A DNA stretch of 52,600 nt from Spongospora subterranea f. sp. subterranea (lineage: Eukaryota): positions 62,001 to 114,600 of the forward strand of contig JAUGWO010000055.1 of the NCBI GenBank assembly GCA_049724395.1, in the 5' to 3' direction. Both the position numbers and the translations under genes were made by a program. Below the pieces are notes generated by a model, which was not told where the DNA came from, searched no databases, and worked only from the letters and a program-made list of their open reading frames with translations. Positions 13,546 to 26,056 of the stretch are shown piece by piece (the stretch's first letter is position 1; each line of letters starts with the position of its first letter).

Positions 13546-13738
13546 CCGATTCATGAATCCATTTTCCAATCTCATCATTTACTCCAATATATTCATCATC
13601 GGCGTTATCAGCCTCTTCTCAACGGTACCAATATCATTATCGGGATCTAACGAAGCGTAAGATATTTTTTTTGTTCTTTACGTGAAAGGAGTATTGCTGT
13701 GGCGACGATTTGGCGAATTTTCAGCAGCAGCGTTGCCG

Positions 13739-14998
13739 ATGCTGTCCAATGAGGTGTTCGGTACATGGCTGGCCATATTGGGCAGTATCGCCACTGCCGT
13801 TGGAGTTAATCTCATGAAGTACTCGCATCTTAAAGAAACGGAGTTTGCTCTAGCGACCAAGTCCTCACCGCCGCTCAAGCAGCCCGTTCAGATGTCAATC
13901 AACACTTCCACGACCATTCAGTCGTTGTGGCTCTTGGGCCTTTTCACGGTTATCTTTGGATGGGGTTTGACGTTATTCGCGTATACGCTGGTGGCGCAAT
14001 CCATTCTGGTGGTCATTTTCCCGATCAGGTTTGTGTCGAGTCTGTGCTTCGGATTCCTCGTTCTGGGAATCCCGCTCAACAACGCGGAACAAATGGGGTC
14101 TTTGCTATACATATTTGGATTGTCGTTGATTTGTGGGTTTTGCATACGACCAACAATCATCACGGACGCTGCTGGCCTAGAAATGCTCTTCTCCAGCACA
14201 TTGTTCCTGATCTATTTCGTCGCTGGCGTCGCTGTGGCCGTTTTCTGTGAGGTTGTTACATGGATCTACCCAATTCTGGACGAATCGGTGGCGCCGCTTG
14301 TCATCAGCTCCTCATTTATTGGCGCCCAGTTTATCACCGCACTGAAAGCGACAACATTCATTATGGTCGCCATGTCATCTTCCGATCCGATTGCACAACT
14401 GTTTAGCCCTTTCACATATGGAATTCTCATTGTCCTATTCACGTCGTATTACTTCTATGCCGTTCGTCTCAAAAATTGCCTGAACCGTGTCGGCAAGGCT
14501 ACACGCTTCTCTGCGATGCAAGTTTGGTGGGCGTCGTTCGCCGCCATGTCAGGGAATATTTTTTTCCAAGAGTATCTTTCGTTTGATAGGCTATCAGGTT
14601 CGGTTTTTGTTTTCGCCTTTCTGTGCTCACTGTCTGGCGTATGGATCATATCGTCGGCGAAGTTCACTACTGCTGTCGACGACGTTCAGCCCAGCGACCC
14701 AGTTGAAGTCGTGAATATGAAGGTCAGGCGAAAGACATGGATCGAGAGCGACTTGGACGTTGGACCGTGGGTCCCAAGTAGTCCACGATTGAAAGGCGGT
14801 GAAGCGTCTGGGAATAGCTTATCAGTTCCAATCTCTGCGGCTGTTCATTTGAAAACGCGCCCCATTGGGGCGGAAAGGGTCCTGTTTGCATCGTCAACTC
14901 TTGATCAGCCGAATCTGTCGAACCTGGTGGTGTCCAACTGTTCTCACCCTCCTCGACGCGCGTCAAAACTAATGGAGATTGACTTGGTCAAGATATGA
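13739..14998 (+). CDS. NIPA-like (DMT superfamily) multi-pass membrane protein, putative Mg2+ transporter
   Basis: About 9 hydrophobic segments. GSIATAVGVNLMKYSH, LWLLGL...AYTLVAQSIL and GNIFFQEY resemble the NIPA family. Hydrophilic C-terminal tail. Confidence 0.75.
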   Translation: MLSNEVFGTWLAILGSIATAVGVNLMKYSHLKETEFALATKSSPPLKQPVQMSINTSTTIQSLWLLGLFTVIFGWGLTLFAYTLVAQSILVVIFPIRFVSSLCFGFLVLGIPLNNAEQMGSLLYIFGLSLICGFCIRPTIITDAAGLEMLFSSTLFLIYFVAGVAVAVFCEVVTWIYPILDESVAPLVISSSFIGAQFITALKATTFIMVAMSSSDPIAQLFSPFTYGILIVLFTSYYFYAVRLKNCLNRVGKATRFSAMQVWWASFAAMSGNIFFQEYLSFDRLSGSVFVFAFLCSLSGVWIISSAKFTTAVDDVQPSDPVEVVNMKVRRKTWIESDLDVGPWVPSSPRLKGGEASGNSLSVPISAAVHLKTRPIGAERVLFASSTLDQPNLSNLVVSNCSHPPRRASKLMEIDLVKI

Positions 14999-15866
14999 TA
15001 TGGGGTTCGATGTGAAATTCCAGCGCCGTCAATGTGATTTAAATACATATACCCCGGGTTGCTGCCCGACCATAACGCCAGCGAGGCAAATTCTAGGTAT
15101 ACCGCGCAGGGCGTCGATTATCCCATTATTGTGTCTAGAATTCTAACTGAGGCTTTTAATCGGTGCAATACTGTTTGACCATTAGCGAGATCAAGACTGC
15201 TGATGTAGAAAATTTGCCCTCCTGATGGACCGAATTCGAGCTGTCTCCAAATCCTTGACGTGATATGGAATTCTAAATTTCAAATCGAAACTGTTTCTGT
15301 TGTTCTACAGAACGCTGATCGGAGGTACAAACGTATTCCTTGCTACCGTTAGGGCTTTTTCCCATTTTCCAAAACGCGCTATCGAACATTGCCGGCGTGT
15401 CCCTATGATTCAGTTATCCTGCCTGCAGATTCACGGGTTGACGACCTGCACTTTTTGGCGTCAATAACCGCACCATGAATTCATTAGGATTTGACTGCCA
15501 ACGGTATTCGTCAATTATTCCCAAGAACATTTTCACCTGTAAAAACCATTGTCATCGGCATTTAGGTCTCGTTTGAACCCGATGGCAGTTTGATTGTGGG
15601 CCTATATCACTCAATGGAAAAATGTGCAGTTTCTCATCCATTGTTGGCACTGAACTCGAGTGTCCCACGGGTCAGTCCCAATCACCCTGATGGTAGCGTA
15701 ATAGTGGCCATCTGTGCGCCATCTGTGCGACCTGAATTTGTACACAACTAATAGTCATCATGAGCCGGGTAACACGAGGAGAGGCCGATGCAGTTTCGGC
15801 TATTCCGGCACGATCAGGGATTAGGTTCTGGTGTTGTGGATCGGTTCCGCATTTGGTTTTCGCTGG

Positions 15867-17079
15867 ATGTCGAGGACCCTGCGATTTGTGTCCTGCATGA
15901 TATCGATCTGGACCTTGATGGTGTTTCTGTTCATTCACTGGCTACGGTTTACTCACATACGTGGCGATGAGGAGAAGCGTGTTGTCTTCGCGGATCTGCA
16001 GCAGCAGCGAATTCCCATCGATATTACCGCATCAACACCGGTCTTGAACATTGCCTTCCTCAGCAATGGAGGATGCCCTGATCTCTGCTGGGGAGTAATT
16101 CTCCATCATTGGCCGAAGAATGGGTTACCATTCCGATTTACTTTGTAAACTCAGATTTGAACATTGTTAATCAAGGCTAAATTGGCGGTTTTCAGGCCCG
16201 ACCCAGCTCACATACCAGCCAATAACACCGTATATGTTGCCAGGGAAGATGGCAACGCCATAGGCAAACAACTAGAATCAAGTCGTTCGTCAGGAACCCC
16301 TGTTTATGGGGCCGGGCTGATTTTGATGGCTGATGTCGAGAATTCATTCGATCAATCCCATCATCGCGAGTTCAACTTCGTAATTCGCCATCACTGGTTT
16401 CCAGCGCTCCGCAATCGCAACATGGCATCTCCAATGCGCGCCCTGTCGTCCATCAGCTGTCCTAGGAGTGGGATCCCCAGCGAATATTACCCTATTGGGG
16501 ATAGGCATCACGACAACGACGCCCCAGGTGGCACATACTGGCTTCATACGCCACCTGGCGTCTCGTTGGTGTCCAAATCCCCAGGACAATTGATCGTCGC
16601 AAGTAAAAGGAAGCATTTGTGCTTTTTCGCAGGAAGTATCACTCATTCGGCAAGGAGCGACTTAGTCAGGCAGTTGGAGTCGTCAGGATCCGACCTGGGC
16701 TGTCTAGTCGAAGTCACGACAGGGTTCAGCAGTGGGAGTCCATATCGATACTCGTTAACGTTGGACGATTCCGTGTTTACGCTGTGCCCTCGAGGGACCG
16801 GTCTGGAAACGATGCGGTTCATGGACGCCCTGCACTTAGGGGTCGATTCCGGTTGTGATTGAGTCGCCATATCAAGATGTGTGGCCAGTCAAACCCCCGG
16901 TCATCTACGCCGCCAACTGGTCGTCGGCGTTCTCGCAAATTCGCAGACTACGCAACCAACCTGAGCTCCTCGACAATATCCAGCAACAGGCCGTTCAGTG
17001 GATGAAAAACGAGTACGATTGTCAGAGGAGGTCGATTAAGGAACTAGTAACCTGGAGTCGCTCATATCGACCAATATAG
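15867..17079 (+). CDS. Exostosin-like GT47 glycosyltransferase (type II membrane protein)
   Basis: N-terminal TM anchor and motifs RKHLCFFAGS...RSDL...LDDSVFTLCPRGTGLETMRFMDALHLG(SIPVVI). Probable intron at ~16124-16194 and an extra G at 16839-16842. Confidence 0.82.
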
Positions 17080-17132
17080 ATTAATTATGTGTTGTATGGT
17101 AAAATTGCAGGAGTCGAACGTTGGATACCGCG

Positions 17133-18143
17133 CTATGCAGAAAACGCTTGTTTTTCTAATGGGATCTTCGTTTTGTAAATTTTCGTCTGGACAATGATTA
17201 TGAAATCGAAGATCAGGGTTCCCATGCTGCCAATCAAAAAAGGCAACTTATCGCAAACAAATTTCATGTTGAGCGCGTATGTATCGGTTTCGGAATTGAG
17301 CGCCCAGGAATGGTCGAGGATGATTCGAAACCCGTATGTAAGGTTTGCGACCAAGAACAAGGCGAACATATACGGAGATAATCCTTCGCATTGCTTGTTT
17401 TTCCAGTTCTTATACACCTGGGGGAACCGAGAGCCAAAGTAGATGCCAGCGCTGCACCAGCCCAGGATATCGCCAATTAGTGAGAATGTGGCGTTGTCGG
17501 TGACACGGTTGCACAAGTGTGCAGTGGAAAGCAACGACCGTGATGAGGCGCTAACACCGGATGTGTACAGATGACTGGTAGCGAACAGACCTGTTGCAAC
17601 CAGACAAGCTCCAGCAACCATAATCGGGGCTTGAGCCGTTCGTTGCTGAGCAGCACTGTGGACGCTTCTGCCTTTATAGACACGAGAATAGTAGAACATT
17701 TGCGACAACATGATCACGTTATCCATAACGAACCATGCAGCTTGGGCAATTGCCGTAATTGGCAACGACAGGAGCAATGATCCACTGAGATTGCACACGT
17801 CCCCAACGGCACTGAGTAGTCGTCAGTAGATGGCAACGAGAATGGATGGGCGAACACAAACCGAATCAGAAAGAAAACAGTCGAAAGCGCTTCAACGTTC
17901 TTGTTACGATAATTGGAGACATATTGCGGGATACTGGCGCAGAGCCAGGACAATAACGACACAAGACCGAGAATCGCGGGGATATAATCTGACGGGGTAT
18001 AAACACTAGCGCGGATGAGTCAGAGGATGCGATTTTGCGACTGTGTTGCAGGTTTCGCTATACCATTCGCCCAATACCGACCCCATGAACTGGGAAAACC
18101 TATATCCATCCTTCACGGCAGGATCGCAGACACACAACCTCAT
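17133..18143 (-). CDS. PQ-loop repeat lysosomal/vacuolar amino-acid transporter (PQLC2/Ypq-like), multi-exon
   Basis: Two PQ-loop motifs (ASIPQYVSNYRNKNVEALS and SRFPQVYKNWKNKQCEGLS) and C-terminal LPFLIGSMGTLIFDFIIIVQ. Probable introns near 18005-18063 and ~17805-17860. Confidence 0.88.
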
Positions 18144-19195
18144 TCCGACAGAAAATAAGAAAATGACCAGTCTGGCGAGAATCAGAACCGGTTTCAGAAA
18201 ACTCCGATGGGGGACCCGCTGCGCAAATTTGCCGACTGACGTTTCACTGGTGAGCAGTCGGAGGCCCCAGCCACCTACCACTGTATCCCGCGGCGCTTTT
18301 TTTGACTCTGACAGTCCAACTGTGGAACACCCAAAAGGTTGACTAAAGGTTGTGAAGCACTGAACAATATTCAGCAATGGGTTCGGGTTGTTTGGGAGTG
18401 AGTGGTGTCGGCGCCCTGAAAAATGCCCACGCTCTCACCGCTGCCTCTCCACACAAAGGGTTCGAACACTACTCGGTTCACCCGTGTTGTGTTCACAGAT
18501 GAACCTATTTGCCAAGTCGCATAGCCACCTGAAGAATTGCAATTGGTTGCGTCAATTCCAGGCGATCTGTGTGAGATTGCTGTTCGTCATTCAGGCCAGC
18601 AATCAGAATAAACCTAATTCAAATGCATAATTTCTATCGTTGCTTCGTAGCAACAGCATAGATTCACTTTTTTCCCGTGGGAGCAATGATGGCGACAGTG
18701 CGAGAAAGGCCCCAGTGTATTTTTACCGAATCTTCAGCAAGACCACATGTGCACACATCTACCGGTCCAGGGGGGAGTGGGTTGTTGTTTCGAAGTCATC
18801 GATTGAACAAGTGGAGCATTGTTGGCTCTGACGGGATCTCGATTTTTGGTATACCCAAAATACCACAGCAGTTTCCCGTGCTTCAGAGCCATCGCTGTAA
18901 TTATGACCAAGACGACAGCTGATATGTCGGATTACGTTCCGCGTCAGACGTCGATCGGCCCTTTGTTGAAAACACGCAGTGGCGATGTTGTTCCTCTGCA
19001 TGGCGACTGCAACGCTCGTTCTAACGGCACTGTAACGACTGCGATGCCGTGAGATGATCAGCACTGACGTCACAGTTGAATAGACCCCCAGATACGTGTT
19101 GGGGACTGGGAGTGACCTCCTGCTCCTTTTATCATTCCCCAACGCTCACGTTTGTCATATCTCATTGTCGATCGTGAAGTTAGCGCTAATGATGT

Positions 19196-20521
19196 ATGGC
19201 TGATCTGGTCAGTCTATTGGTGGACGCTGTTGGCGCCGATGCCGTTGCTGCGTCGCAGGATGAAGTCACCGTCGTGCGGCTCCTGTCCATGATGTCGGAC
19301 TATCCCCCTGGCATCGATCAGAGGATATTCGCTAGCACTCTGCTGTTTCTCACCAACGACGATATTGAGTTTTCTCTAGCAATAATTGAGCACATCAAAG
19401 AAGCTGATAACTATCAAGTATATCCAATCATCGCCTCACGATCTCCACTGGGGTTAGAGCATCATCATAATTCTTGCTACATTAGCGCAATGATATGTGC
19501 AATGTTTACCGGTGTATCCAACTTTGATGCCATGTTCCTACCTAGATCATGCTCGACAAAAGTTGATCAACTTCGCAAGCTTCTTATTTTTGATTGTCCG
19601 CCTGCTCAGGTCAGGAAGCAAAATCCATAAAAATTTGGTTCATGTATTCCGTTATGCGGTATTTCAAGCTGGGTTCATGGACTGCTCTCAAATTTTCCAA
19701 CAGCAAGACGTTCACGAATTATTCGTCTTTATTCTTGACCTACTAAACGCTCCAGTTATCGCAATGCTTGAAAATTTTCATCATGGTGGCATTGAGGATG
19801 CAAACATTGACACCCGGATGCTTCAAGAACGATGCTTGCAGCTTTCAATTTCTGAAACCTCCAGTTGCGTAAAGCGGCTTCTTGATTGTTTCTTTTTCGA
19901 GACCACGATCACAGGACTTCAGAGGAGTTTTCCCAGTAATTGTCAACTGCCAGTGACGGCGCTATGCACGTTATCTATGCTCCCTTTTCAATCCGATTGT
20001 TCGAACCCGCCTTTGCCAAGCAACAAGTTGCTCGCAGAAACTCCAATGGTAGTTCCGCTGATTTTGAAACGGTTTGGCGTTGATGGTCAAAAGGTTCGAT
20101 TTTATATCCATATTCCTCTGTGTATTGACGCCACCTCGTCTATTTGATCCCCGGAAGTCAGCCCCGCGAATCAAATTTTGAATCTTGCACGCATCTTCTT
20201 CTCTTAAAATCAGTCATTTGTCATTTGGGTGCAGGCACTTCCAACTCTGGACATTACATTGCTTTTTCCTGTGAGAAGACAAACAATCCTCATGGATGGA
20301 TGCTATTTGATGACTTGGCCGAGACTCCTGCAAAATTCGGTTCCTTCGCCGCACTTTCGGCAGAATACGAAGAAACTCTGACACGCGATTCGTATATGGC
20401 GCTGTATGAGTTGGTTGACTTGGAACAACTTGCACAAAAAAGGAAGAATAGTTTGATCTGCGATGCACAACAGTATCATGACTTTCAATTGGCATATCGT
20501 CTACAAAATAAACTCGCGTGA
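19196..20521 (+). CDS. Ubiquitin-specific protease (peptidase C19/UCH, CYLD-like)
   Basis: Cys box NSCYISA, QQQDVHELFVFILD, His box VICHLG...SGHYIAF, and WMLFDD. Two 1-nt frameshifts in T-runs (~19587-19591 and ~20143-20146). Confidence 0.85.
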
Positions 20522-20685
20522 TTTGTCGAATGTCTTCGTGCATACCCCAAGGATCGCGGCGTCCTGTCTTACCTCTCAGAAATCAGATGTTTGCGAAATA
20601 TCAACCTGTGCTAAACAACGCAGGGCTCAAAATCTGACTACAGTTGGAACATCGTTCAAACGAGTTTTGATTTATAAATAAGTTT

Positions 20686-21668
20686 TCAGTGTGCGGGGAC
20701 TTTATCCCTGTACGATAAGAAGTCGATGCCGTTATGAGCAAAATGTGTGGAAACAGCACGCGATGTTTCAATATTATAAATATTGAACGCCGAATGCCGC
20801 TTCCCAGGAATATAAGCATGGCCACCCGCACCGGGATTGTGAATCGCGACATCTTGCCACGAGGTCGCCCATCCCTTGTGGACATGACCGTGGAGAATCA
20901 TGTATGGCTTCACCGTCGATTCCGATAAACTACTGAGCAACGCCGAGCCATTTTCAATCCCATGCCAGTGATGTTCGAGATGATATGGTTTTCCTGAGCT
21001 ATCCACAATGGGGTAGTGTGTCAACAGGATTACTTTTTTATCCTGTCCATGACCTGTGAGCTATCCTTCCAGAGCGCTGTTCACGCGAACGTACTGTATT
21101 TTCCAGAATGTCGACTAGATTGGAGAGCTGCTGGGGCGGCGCGAACCCTCGTGATCCGATCAAGGTGGGCCGGCAGCAATCCATGCCTATGAACAAAAAA
21201 TCGCCGAATGTTGAAGTCTGCAAGCCAGAGAGGGTTTTCTGCCGCCCATCCATGGCGCGAATCTCGCCTCGAATCGGGAACGGGCGTCGGGCGTGTAAAT
21301 ATCGTGATTTCCGGGGATGACAAATGAGGGAATCGACGACAAAACCGGCAATAAGGCATCACGGGCGGCGTCGAACTCCGAGTCTAGACCCAGAGCGCTA
21401 TTAGTGAACAATGTGTGATCAGACAGAAAAACAGAAGGAACGGGTACTACCTGAGATCCCCCGTTATCGCAACGTAGTCTGGCTTGAGATTCTGAATCCG
21501 AACGACGAGATCGTGGACTACGGCTTCACTAAATTCACGATCCCGCTTCAAAATTCGAAGATTGAACGCCCCGATAGCGCGTTTCCCGATCAATTCACTC
21601 CACTTGGCCGTTGCCAGCCTCTGGAAATGCAGATCGGTAAGATGTGCGATCCGCAGCCGCGCCGACAT
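20686..21668 (-). CDS. Calcineurin-like metallophosphoesterase (CpdA/Icc-like), multi-exon
   Basis: Metal-binding motifs in order: AHLTDLH, AITGDL, IPGNHD, THYP, ILHGHVH. Two short introns (~21035-21086 and ~21400-21450) and a frameshift near 21245. Confidence 0.88.
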
Positions 21669-22980
21669 AGCCGACGAGCTACACTATAGGTAATGGCGAC
21701 AATGAACAGTCCGCCAACCGTCTCGGCTTCTCCCCAATCCACACCACCCGTGAGGCCGGTGACAATCCGCCCCCTCGGCCCCAAACCCAAACTCCTTGAC
21801 CAATCTGACACGAAACTGGAAATCGGACAACAACTTGGGCAACACGTCGCAATGAGCTATGTTAATGGGACTGGAGAATATTGCGCCAAATCAACAAACC
21901 CGTTTCTTTTCCAATTTTTGCTTAATCATTTCCGTCCATGACCGCTTTTTAGTACACGAGGGTTGCTGGTTTGGCGTTGGACAGAATCCGAGGACGGCAA
22001 GAAAACTACAGGTATCAAATGTTCGGTTGTGAGATCACTGGGAGGAAGCCGTTGAAGGACCTTCAGCCTGCCGACAACCGGGACCATTTTTCTAGCTGTA
22101 GATCTACGATGATAAACTGACGCCTGACTCCAAAGAAAATTCGAATGTGCTTCAGTGGAGAGTGACGCCAAAGGCTGCGAACGACTTTCAACTTCCCGGA
22201 GAAACAAGGGGGGAGGAGCCTAAAGACGCTTGATTTCGTCGATGAAAAACACCATCATTCAACGTCCGCCTATGTGATCTTTTCAAGAACAGCGTTCATA
22301 AAGCGCTGTAAAACGTGTAAATAGTTCATCACTACAGTACTTGATTATTTTTTAAATTTGCATCGTCTACGCTCTGTTTTCCGGCTGCATTAACGACACG
22401 GGAATCACTCCGGCGATTGCTTGATCGGAAAGCCCAACGCGTGAGGGAACGCGCCCTGCGTTTTTTTAACCCGAGACAGATTGTTTTGGCGCTGGTTTAA
22501 GTTTGACTACTGTATTGGATTTTTCTTCATCATCGAGAGCGCACACCTTGCCAGAGGGACTAACGCGACCTTGATCAAAACTACCCCTCCTGACCACCCG
22601 CAAACCGAAACGCGATCTCAATCCGTCACGACACGAAAATTGCAAACCAGCAGTAGGACTGTCAGATATTGACGAGCCTGACGGCGACGAAGTCGTCTCG
22701 TGACTGATACTCGATCACTGAAGCGATTGTAAGTCGAAGATAGGTGATATAGCAGCCTCTGATGCCGCAAATTGATTCATCTTCCGAACACGCGCTACCT
22801 TCTGGTTTCCTCGATCCTCTCTCATATTTGAACGCATTGGTTCTGATTACCACTCAGGGATCATCCGCTCTGATGCTCAGAATCCCAAGGTGCGGAGTTG
22901 CGGCTCTCGTATTCCGTAATACTGACTGTGCCCATGTCAGCCCTAAAAGTGCGCTGAAGCCATCACGGGCCGAGAGATGC

Positions 22981-23168
22981 GGAGTCGACTCAATGAGTGA
23001 CTCGGAGTCGACTCCCACTCTGAGTCGCTCCGAGTCACTCCGAGTCAGTTTTACAAGTCCGATTACCAACCTGTAATCGGACTATTGACTGCATATCAAC
23101 CCTATATATAAATATATATACCTGGTTGGAGTCGACTCGGAGTGACTCCGGTCGACTCGACTCGTGAG
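22981..23168. repeat. Cluster of GAGTC/GACTC palindromic motifs around a stem-loop and a TA-rich core
   Basis: Repeated GAGTCGACTC, GAGTGACTC and GAGTCACTC motifs. Perfect 11-bp stem AGTCCGATTAC-caacct-GTAATCGGACT (23056-23083), followed by TATATATAAATATATATA. Confidence 0.8.
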
Positions 23169-23404
23169 TGGTTTCACATTCCCAGGTTTCTTGTTTTGGG
23201 CAATGTCTCATGTTATTGGAGTCGGTTCGATTATTTTGTCGATTGCACTGCAATTCGTGTTCAGTACTGTCAACGCCGAGGATGAACACGACAAATATCA
23301 TTGGGTCTATATCCGCTGTCAATGATGACGTTATACATACAGAACATGCTTAGGAAAGCCTGTCTTAAGCGGCATAACCATCTTCCTGAACTGCTCGTGA
23401 CCAG

Positions 23405-24295
23405 GCTTGATATGCGGCCGAACATTATCTTGCTGAATATAGATTAGGAGCAGACCTTGAAAATTTAGTTCGAATTGCAGGTGGAACCTTTGTCAACAGG
23501 GCGTCAACGTACTGTTTTTGGTTAACTATCACAGGCTTCGTCACCGCTGTTTCCCTTTTGTCGGTTTATGCTCGACGGTTTTGCAGGTTCCGAAGTTACG
23601 AGCGGCCAGATGCCAATGTTGACGTCAAAAACGCAATTATTCCCGTCGTCAAATCTTGGTCGAGCAACTGCTGCAAGAAACATGATTTTTCCAATGAATT
23701 TCTTTTTCTTGCATGGACGATAGGGTTCTTGTTCGCCTCTGCCGTCAGATACAATGTGGCGCGGTCGCGAGCAAGATCAAACCACTTTTCATCAATATAC
23801 ACTATGTCAAACATTTCTTTGAAATTGGTGAGGTAGAAATAGAAGAGGGCTCAAGCATCGAAATACAAAAATTAATTCGAGCGATCTTGTTACATTCAGT
23901 GAGAAGAGGCTTTGACGAATTTTGGATGACGCCGGATAATGCCTTGTTTTTAATGACAATTTGATGTAGCGGCAGAAATACCCGTTGCTACAGATAAGTG
24001 TCTAAGGGTATGCCTTTTGCTCAAAGGAACGGTAGCGACATCGGAAGAAATGTCACAAGTTCCGCCGGCAGTTCTGTTTCAGATGCGATAGAACTGCTGC
24101 AGTGGCTCCTGATGCCAATGAATCTTTTCCTCGATGCCGAGCGAACACCAAGTTTTTTGGGTTTTCCAGTGAATCCAACATCGTCAAACGGCGGCGGTAC
24201 AGCACAGCAGTGCGAGCATCGTTGCTTAACACTGTGAACCGTTTCCGGTTGGTCTCCTCATCTGCAACTTGTCCATCGGCAGCAGGAACGTTCAT
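23405..24295 (-). mobile_element. Decayed mariner-like (IS630-Tc1-mariner, plant/oomycete-type) transposase
   Basis: Frameshifted motifs in order: KPLLTECNKIARINFC, IVYIDEKWF, KIMFLAAVARPRFD, IGIWP and YIQQDNVRPH. Confidence 0.88.
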
Positions 24296-24619
24296 TTGAT
24301 AATGAAAGTATGCAGTTCAAGAGTGAATACAGTAATAGAGGAAGATGGGGTCTAACAGGCAAGAGACGTCACCATCCTAACGACATCACCCTCATCATCA
24401 CTTTAAAATGGCACTACCCACAAATCTCCGATCCAGTTTCAAACACCGATATTCCATCAAAACACACAAACGCTTCAAAATTTGGACAAGATCAAGTTGC
24501 GCCACAAGCTACAGCACCACAAAAATTCGATTGCCAAACATGAAAAATGAGCTTATTCCAAAAAAAATCCGTATCGATCAGTTATGCTGAACGGGATGTC
24601 AGGGAAGTTATCCACCTCC

Positions 24620-25318
24620 CACGACAACGACGACGATATCCACCTCCTCCGTCGGTAAATGTCGCTCAATGGTTTTGGGGGTTCGAGAACTTCCCGAAAC
24701 CGCATTAGGGAGTTACTCTCAATTAGCTGCTCGACCTGACCAATACAATCGTCGAGTTCGTCTGGAAAGAGCAGCACCTCTGTCACCAATACTGGCACAT
24801 TCCCCCCAAACAGATCATGTCTGTTAGTGATTCACCATTACGACGACTTCTGATCTCATCACCAATTTTAGATGAAGTTCCATTGCGTCCTGTTGCAGTT
24901 CAGTCGCGAAAGCTTATTTCGCCAGAAATAATATATTCAACGCCATAACACGGAATAACTCGCTATGGTTTTTGGTTCGATGACGACAGTATTTGCAGTT
25001 TTCACAAGTTGAGAAAGTTTCTGATTCGATTACACGATTGTCTATCAATTATGTGTAATTGAGGGCAAAATCTATCAAGAACACGATTTTCGAAATGATT
25101 GAGTTGATGAGACACGTGACGCTATACGATGCCAAATCGATTGACCAATACAACACTGAAGATACGACAATCGAATGGTCTGCTGAAGATCAAGGAACAC
25201 GTTCACCAATATTACTAATATCGTTTTTCAGACCAAGGACATTAACATATTTGTAAAACCACTCTTTGTTCGGTTTCGTCATCAAACAAACGCCATCGTA
25301 AATAACGTCCTTTGGCTT
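24620..25318 (-). repeat. Repeat 'A' copy 1 (decayed unknown ORF on minus strand)
   Basis: High identity to ~31310-32025. Translates to VPVLVTEVLLFPDELDDCIGQVEQLIESNSLMRF with stops and frameshifts. Confidence 0.85.
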
Positions 25319-25351
25319 TAAGTGGGAAATGGTGTTGTGATAAGAGGTGAA

Positions 25352-25807
25352 GAATAGTCAAACACCAGGTCTGACCATGTTCTATATATAGGTTCACTCC
25401 AACAACAGATCAGTAAAATAACAATAAACAGAGTGCCGAAGCCCTCAACATTGCTCTCCCCGAGTTGGCGTTTTCGAAGGGAATAAAAACATGTCCCGCT
25501 GAATCAAATGATTGACCCAACTGTTAGCCCCAGCAAACTTATAAACGAACCTCGGTATATCTAGTTCACCTGGGTTGATTGGCAATACCAGGTGTGATAA
25601 TGGACGGTCTCCGATGCCCTTTCTCAAGATTGAATCCTGTGACCCTTGTTGGTTCTAGCCCTTGAAGGGGGAACTATTATTGCCGAACAGGAAGTTATCC
25701 AACATCGCGATATCATCCACAGTTCTCTCCAATCGCCCGTTCGATGAGCTATTCTGCCCGGCGAGTAGATGGCCCTGGCCTCATTCGTGGGATGTCAGGT
25801 GACCTCG
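25352..25807 (-). repeat. Inverted copy of the secreted-gene upstream region 'C'
   Basis: Reverse complement of ~29773-30225. Its left part (25352-25475) pairs with 25825-25961. Confidence 0.9.
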
Positions 25808-25921
25808 GAACTGGAGCGAGGGCGGAAAACGCCAACTCGGGGATAGCAATGTTGAGGGCTTCGGCCGAGGGCTTCGGCACTCTGTTTATTGTTATTTTAC
25901 TGATCTGTTGTTGGAGTAAGT

Positions 25922-25931
25922 CTATATATAG
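25922..25931 (+). promoter_or_regulatory. Candidate TATA box CTATATATAG upstream of secreted gene copy 1
   Basis: Lies ~125 bp upstream of ATG 26057. The same motif is kept at 30196-30205 upstream of copy 2 and at 25382-25391 in the inverted copy. Confidence 0.45.
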
Positions 25932-26056
25932 AGCATGGTCAGACCTGGTGTTTGACTATTCCTCAAATATATCACAATGATCCTATTACAAGCACTTGAT
26001 ACAGTCCCATATTTGTCCAATGCGGTGTCCGCCCAACGGATAGCAATCAGTATCAC

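Noticed and set aside
18640..19142. Gene between the PQ-loop and USP genes
   Set aside because: Only short overlapping ORFs with no motif, and a candidate intron did not give an in-frame join.
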